DNA of 33,636 nt from a virus. Taxonomy: Duplodnaviria > Caudoviricetes. Positions 33,040 to 33,636 of the stretch are shown here, piece by piece (the first letter of the stretch is position 1; the number at the start of each line of letters is the position of its first letter). The stretch covers positions 1 through 33,636 of IMG/VR virus record IMGVR_UViG_3300032320_000493, one strand, 5' to 3'. The notes below the pieces were generated by a model, which saw only the letters and a list, made by a program, of their open reading frames with translations, did no database searches and was not told where the DNA came from. A program made the position numbers and the translations under genes.

Positions 33040-33192
33040 CTATACGGGTTCTTTCGCAAGCTCAAGTGCCCTAGTCAGCAGGGCAATTGTGGCAGCGTCC
33101 AGGTCATCAGCAATGTTGTACTCGCCAGCAAGCTCAATGGCTTGGCATAGCAGGATTTCTGCGCTCTGAAGTTCAAGTTCATCCATGGTCAT
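33040..33192 (-). CDS. 50-aa acidic helical protein (not in ORF track)
   Basis: MTMDELELQSAEILLCQAIELAGEYNIADDLDAATIALLTRALELAKEPV. Confidence 0.55.
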   Translation of the reverse strand: MTMDELELQSAEILLCQAIELAGEYNIADDLDAATIALLTRALELAKEPV

Positions 33193-33227
33193 CCTATGAG
33201 CCTAGCACAATTTTTTGGCCTTGAACA

Positions 33228-33281
33228 TAGGTATAAACCCCTAGTAAATAGTTCAAAAAAGGCTGGAAAGCTGCGATAAGA
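33228..33281 (+). promoter_or_regulatory. Divergent early promoter/operator region
   Basis: TAGG..CCTA palindrome, CCCTAGT-N7-TCAAAAAAGGCTG, -10-like TAAGAT. Confidence 0.55.
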
Positions 33282-33335
33282 TGTCGTCACCGCAAGCACT
33301 CCGCAAGCGGATTTATTGACCAAGAAAGGTTTTTT

Positions 33336-33536
33336 ATGACACACACACCATTCAGAGAGTTAGTCAGGCAAGAGTTAGAAAACACTACGTTTTGCTGCTA
33401 CTGCTGCGAGCCGCAGGGTAGCAAATGGCATTGCTGCCAAGAGAATCACTTTGTACCATTTGGCGACCTATACCCTGAAGACCAAGAGAGCATTCTTGAC
33501 TACGAAGTGGAACAGTACGAAGGAGTTGGCAAATGA
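33336..33536 (+). CDS. Small Cys-cluster (probably zinc-binding) protein
   Basis: CCYCC..HCCQENH; AAGG RBS; ATGA coupled to the ORF at 20/33533. Confidence 0.75.
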   Translation: MTHTPFRELVRQELENTTFCCYCCEPQGSKWHCCQENHFVPFGDLYPEDQESILDYEVEQYEGVGK

Positions 33537-33636
33537 CATTGCAGGAAAAATATGACCGCAGTTTCTTCCCAAACATTGGAGATGTAACGCTTGAAGAGTA
33601 CCTGCCGCAACTTGTTGCCATAGCAAAAGCAGCCAA
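33514..33636 (+). repeat. Terminal direct repeat copy 2
   Basis: Identical to 1-123. Confidence 0.97.

Larger units (their letters stand above)
1..33513. mobile_element. Complete circularly permuted tailed phage genome (podovirus-like, P22-type head genes), apparently without lysogeny genes
   Basis: Terminase, portal, scaffold, capsid, fibre, lysis, replication and recombination genes present; window ends are identical; the ORF at 33336-33536 couples by ATGA to the ORF at 20. Confidence 0.95.

Noticed and set aside
32808-33065. 85-aa ORF overlapping the initiator start
   Set aside because: TTG start, overlaps two better-supported genes and a structured leader
33514-33636. 123-bp terminal repeat as a biological DTR
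   Set aside because: It falls across two coupled coding regions with no end-like features; most simply an assembler overlap of a circular contig

Overview
The window is an apparently complete, circularly permuted genome (~33,513 bp plus a 123-bp terminal duplication) of a tailed dsDNA phage with a short-tailed, P22-like virion module; a Gram-negative, probably betaproteobacterial host is inferred, not shown. It has four transcription blocks. (1) A + strand early block (33336 across the junction to 4528): ERF recombinase, SSB-like protein, MazG-like protein and many ATGA-coupled small ORFs. (2) A long - strand late block (28154 to 4525): TerS, an inserted gene, TerL, portal, collagen-like and S74-chaperone fibres, scaffold, capsid, small basic proteins, adaptor/nozzle, three ejection proteins, lysis genes and a metallophosphoesterase. 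(3) A short + strand unit (29026-29758) next to a ~870-bp non-coding region. (4) A - strand replication block: DUF1376 initiator with internal origin repeats, a loader-like gene, a C5 methyltransferase and two PD-(D/E)XK nucleases. No integrase, CI repressor, tRNA or CRISPR was seen. The most unusual items are a multi-helix ~175-nt candidate ncRNA divergent from terS, two covarying sarcin-ricin-type hairpins after ssb, a C5 methyltransferase split over two overlapping frames, a lysis-module gene interrupted exactly at an A_AAA_AAG -1 slippery site, and a Fur-box-like palindrome together with a HiPIP-like Cys protein. All calls come from reading the sequence by eye; no searches were run.
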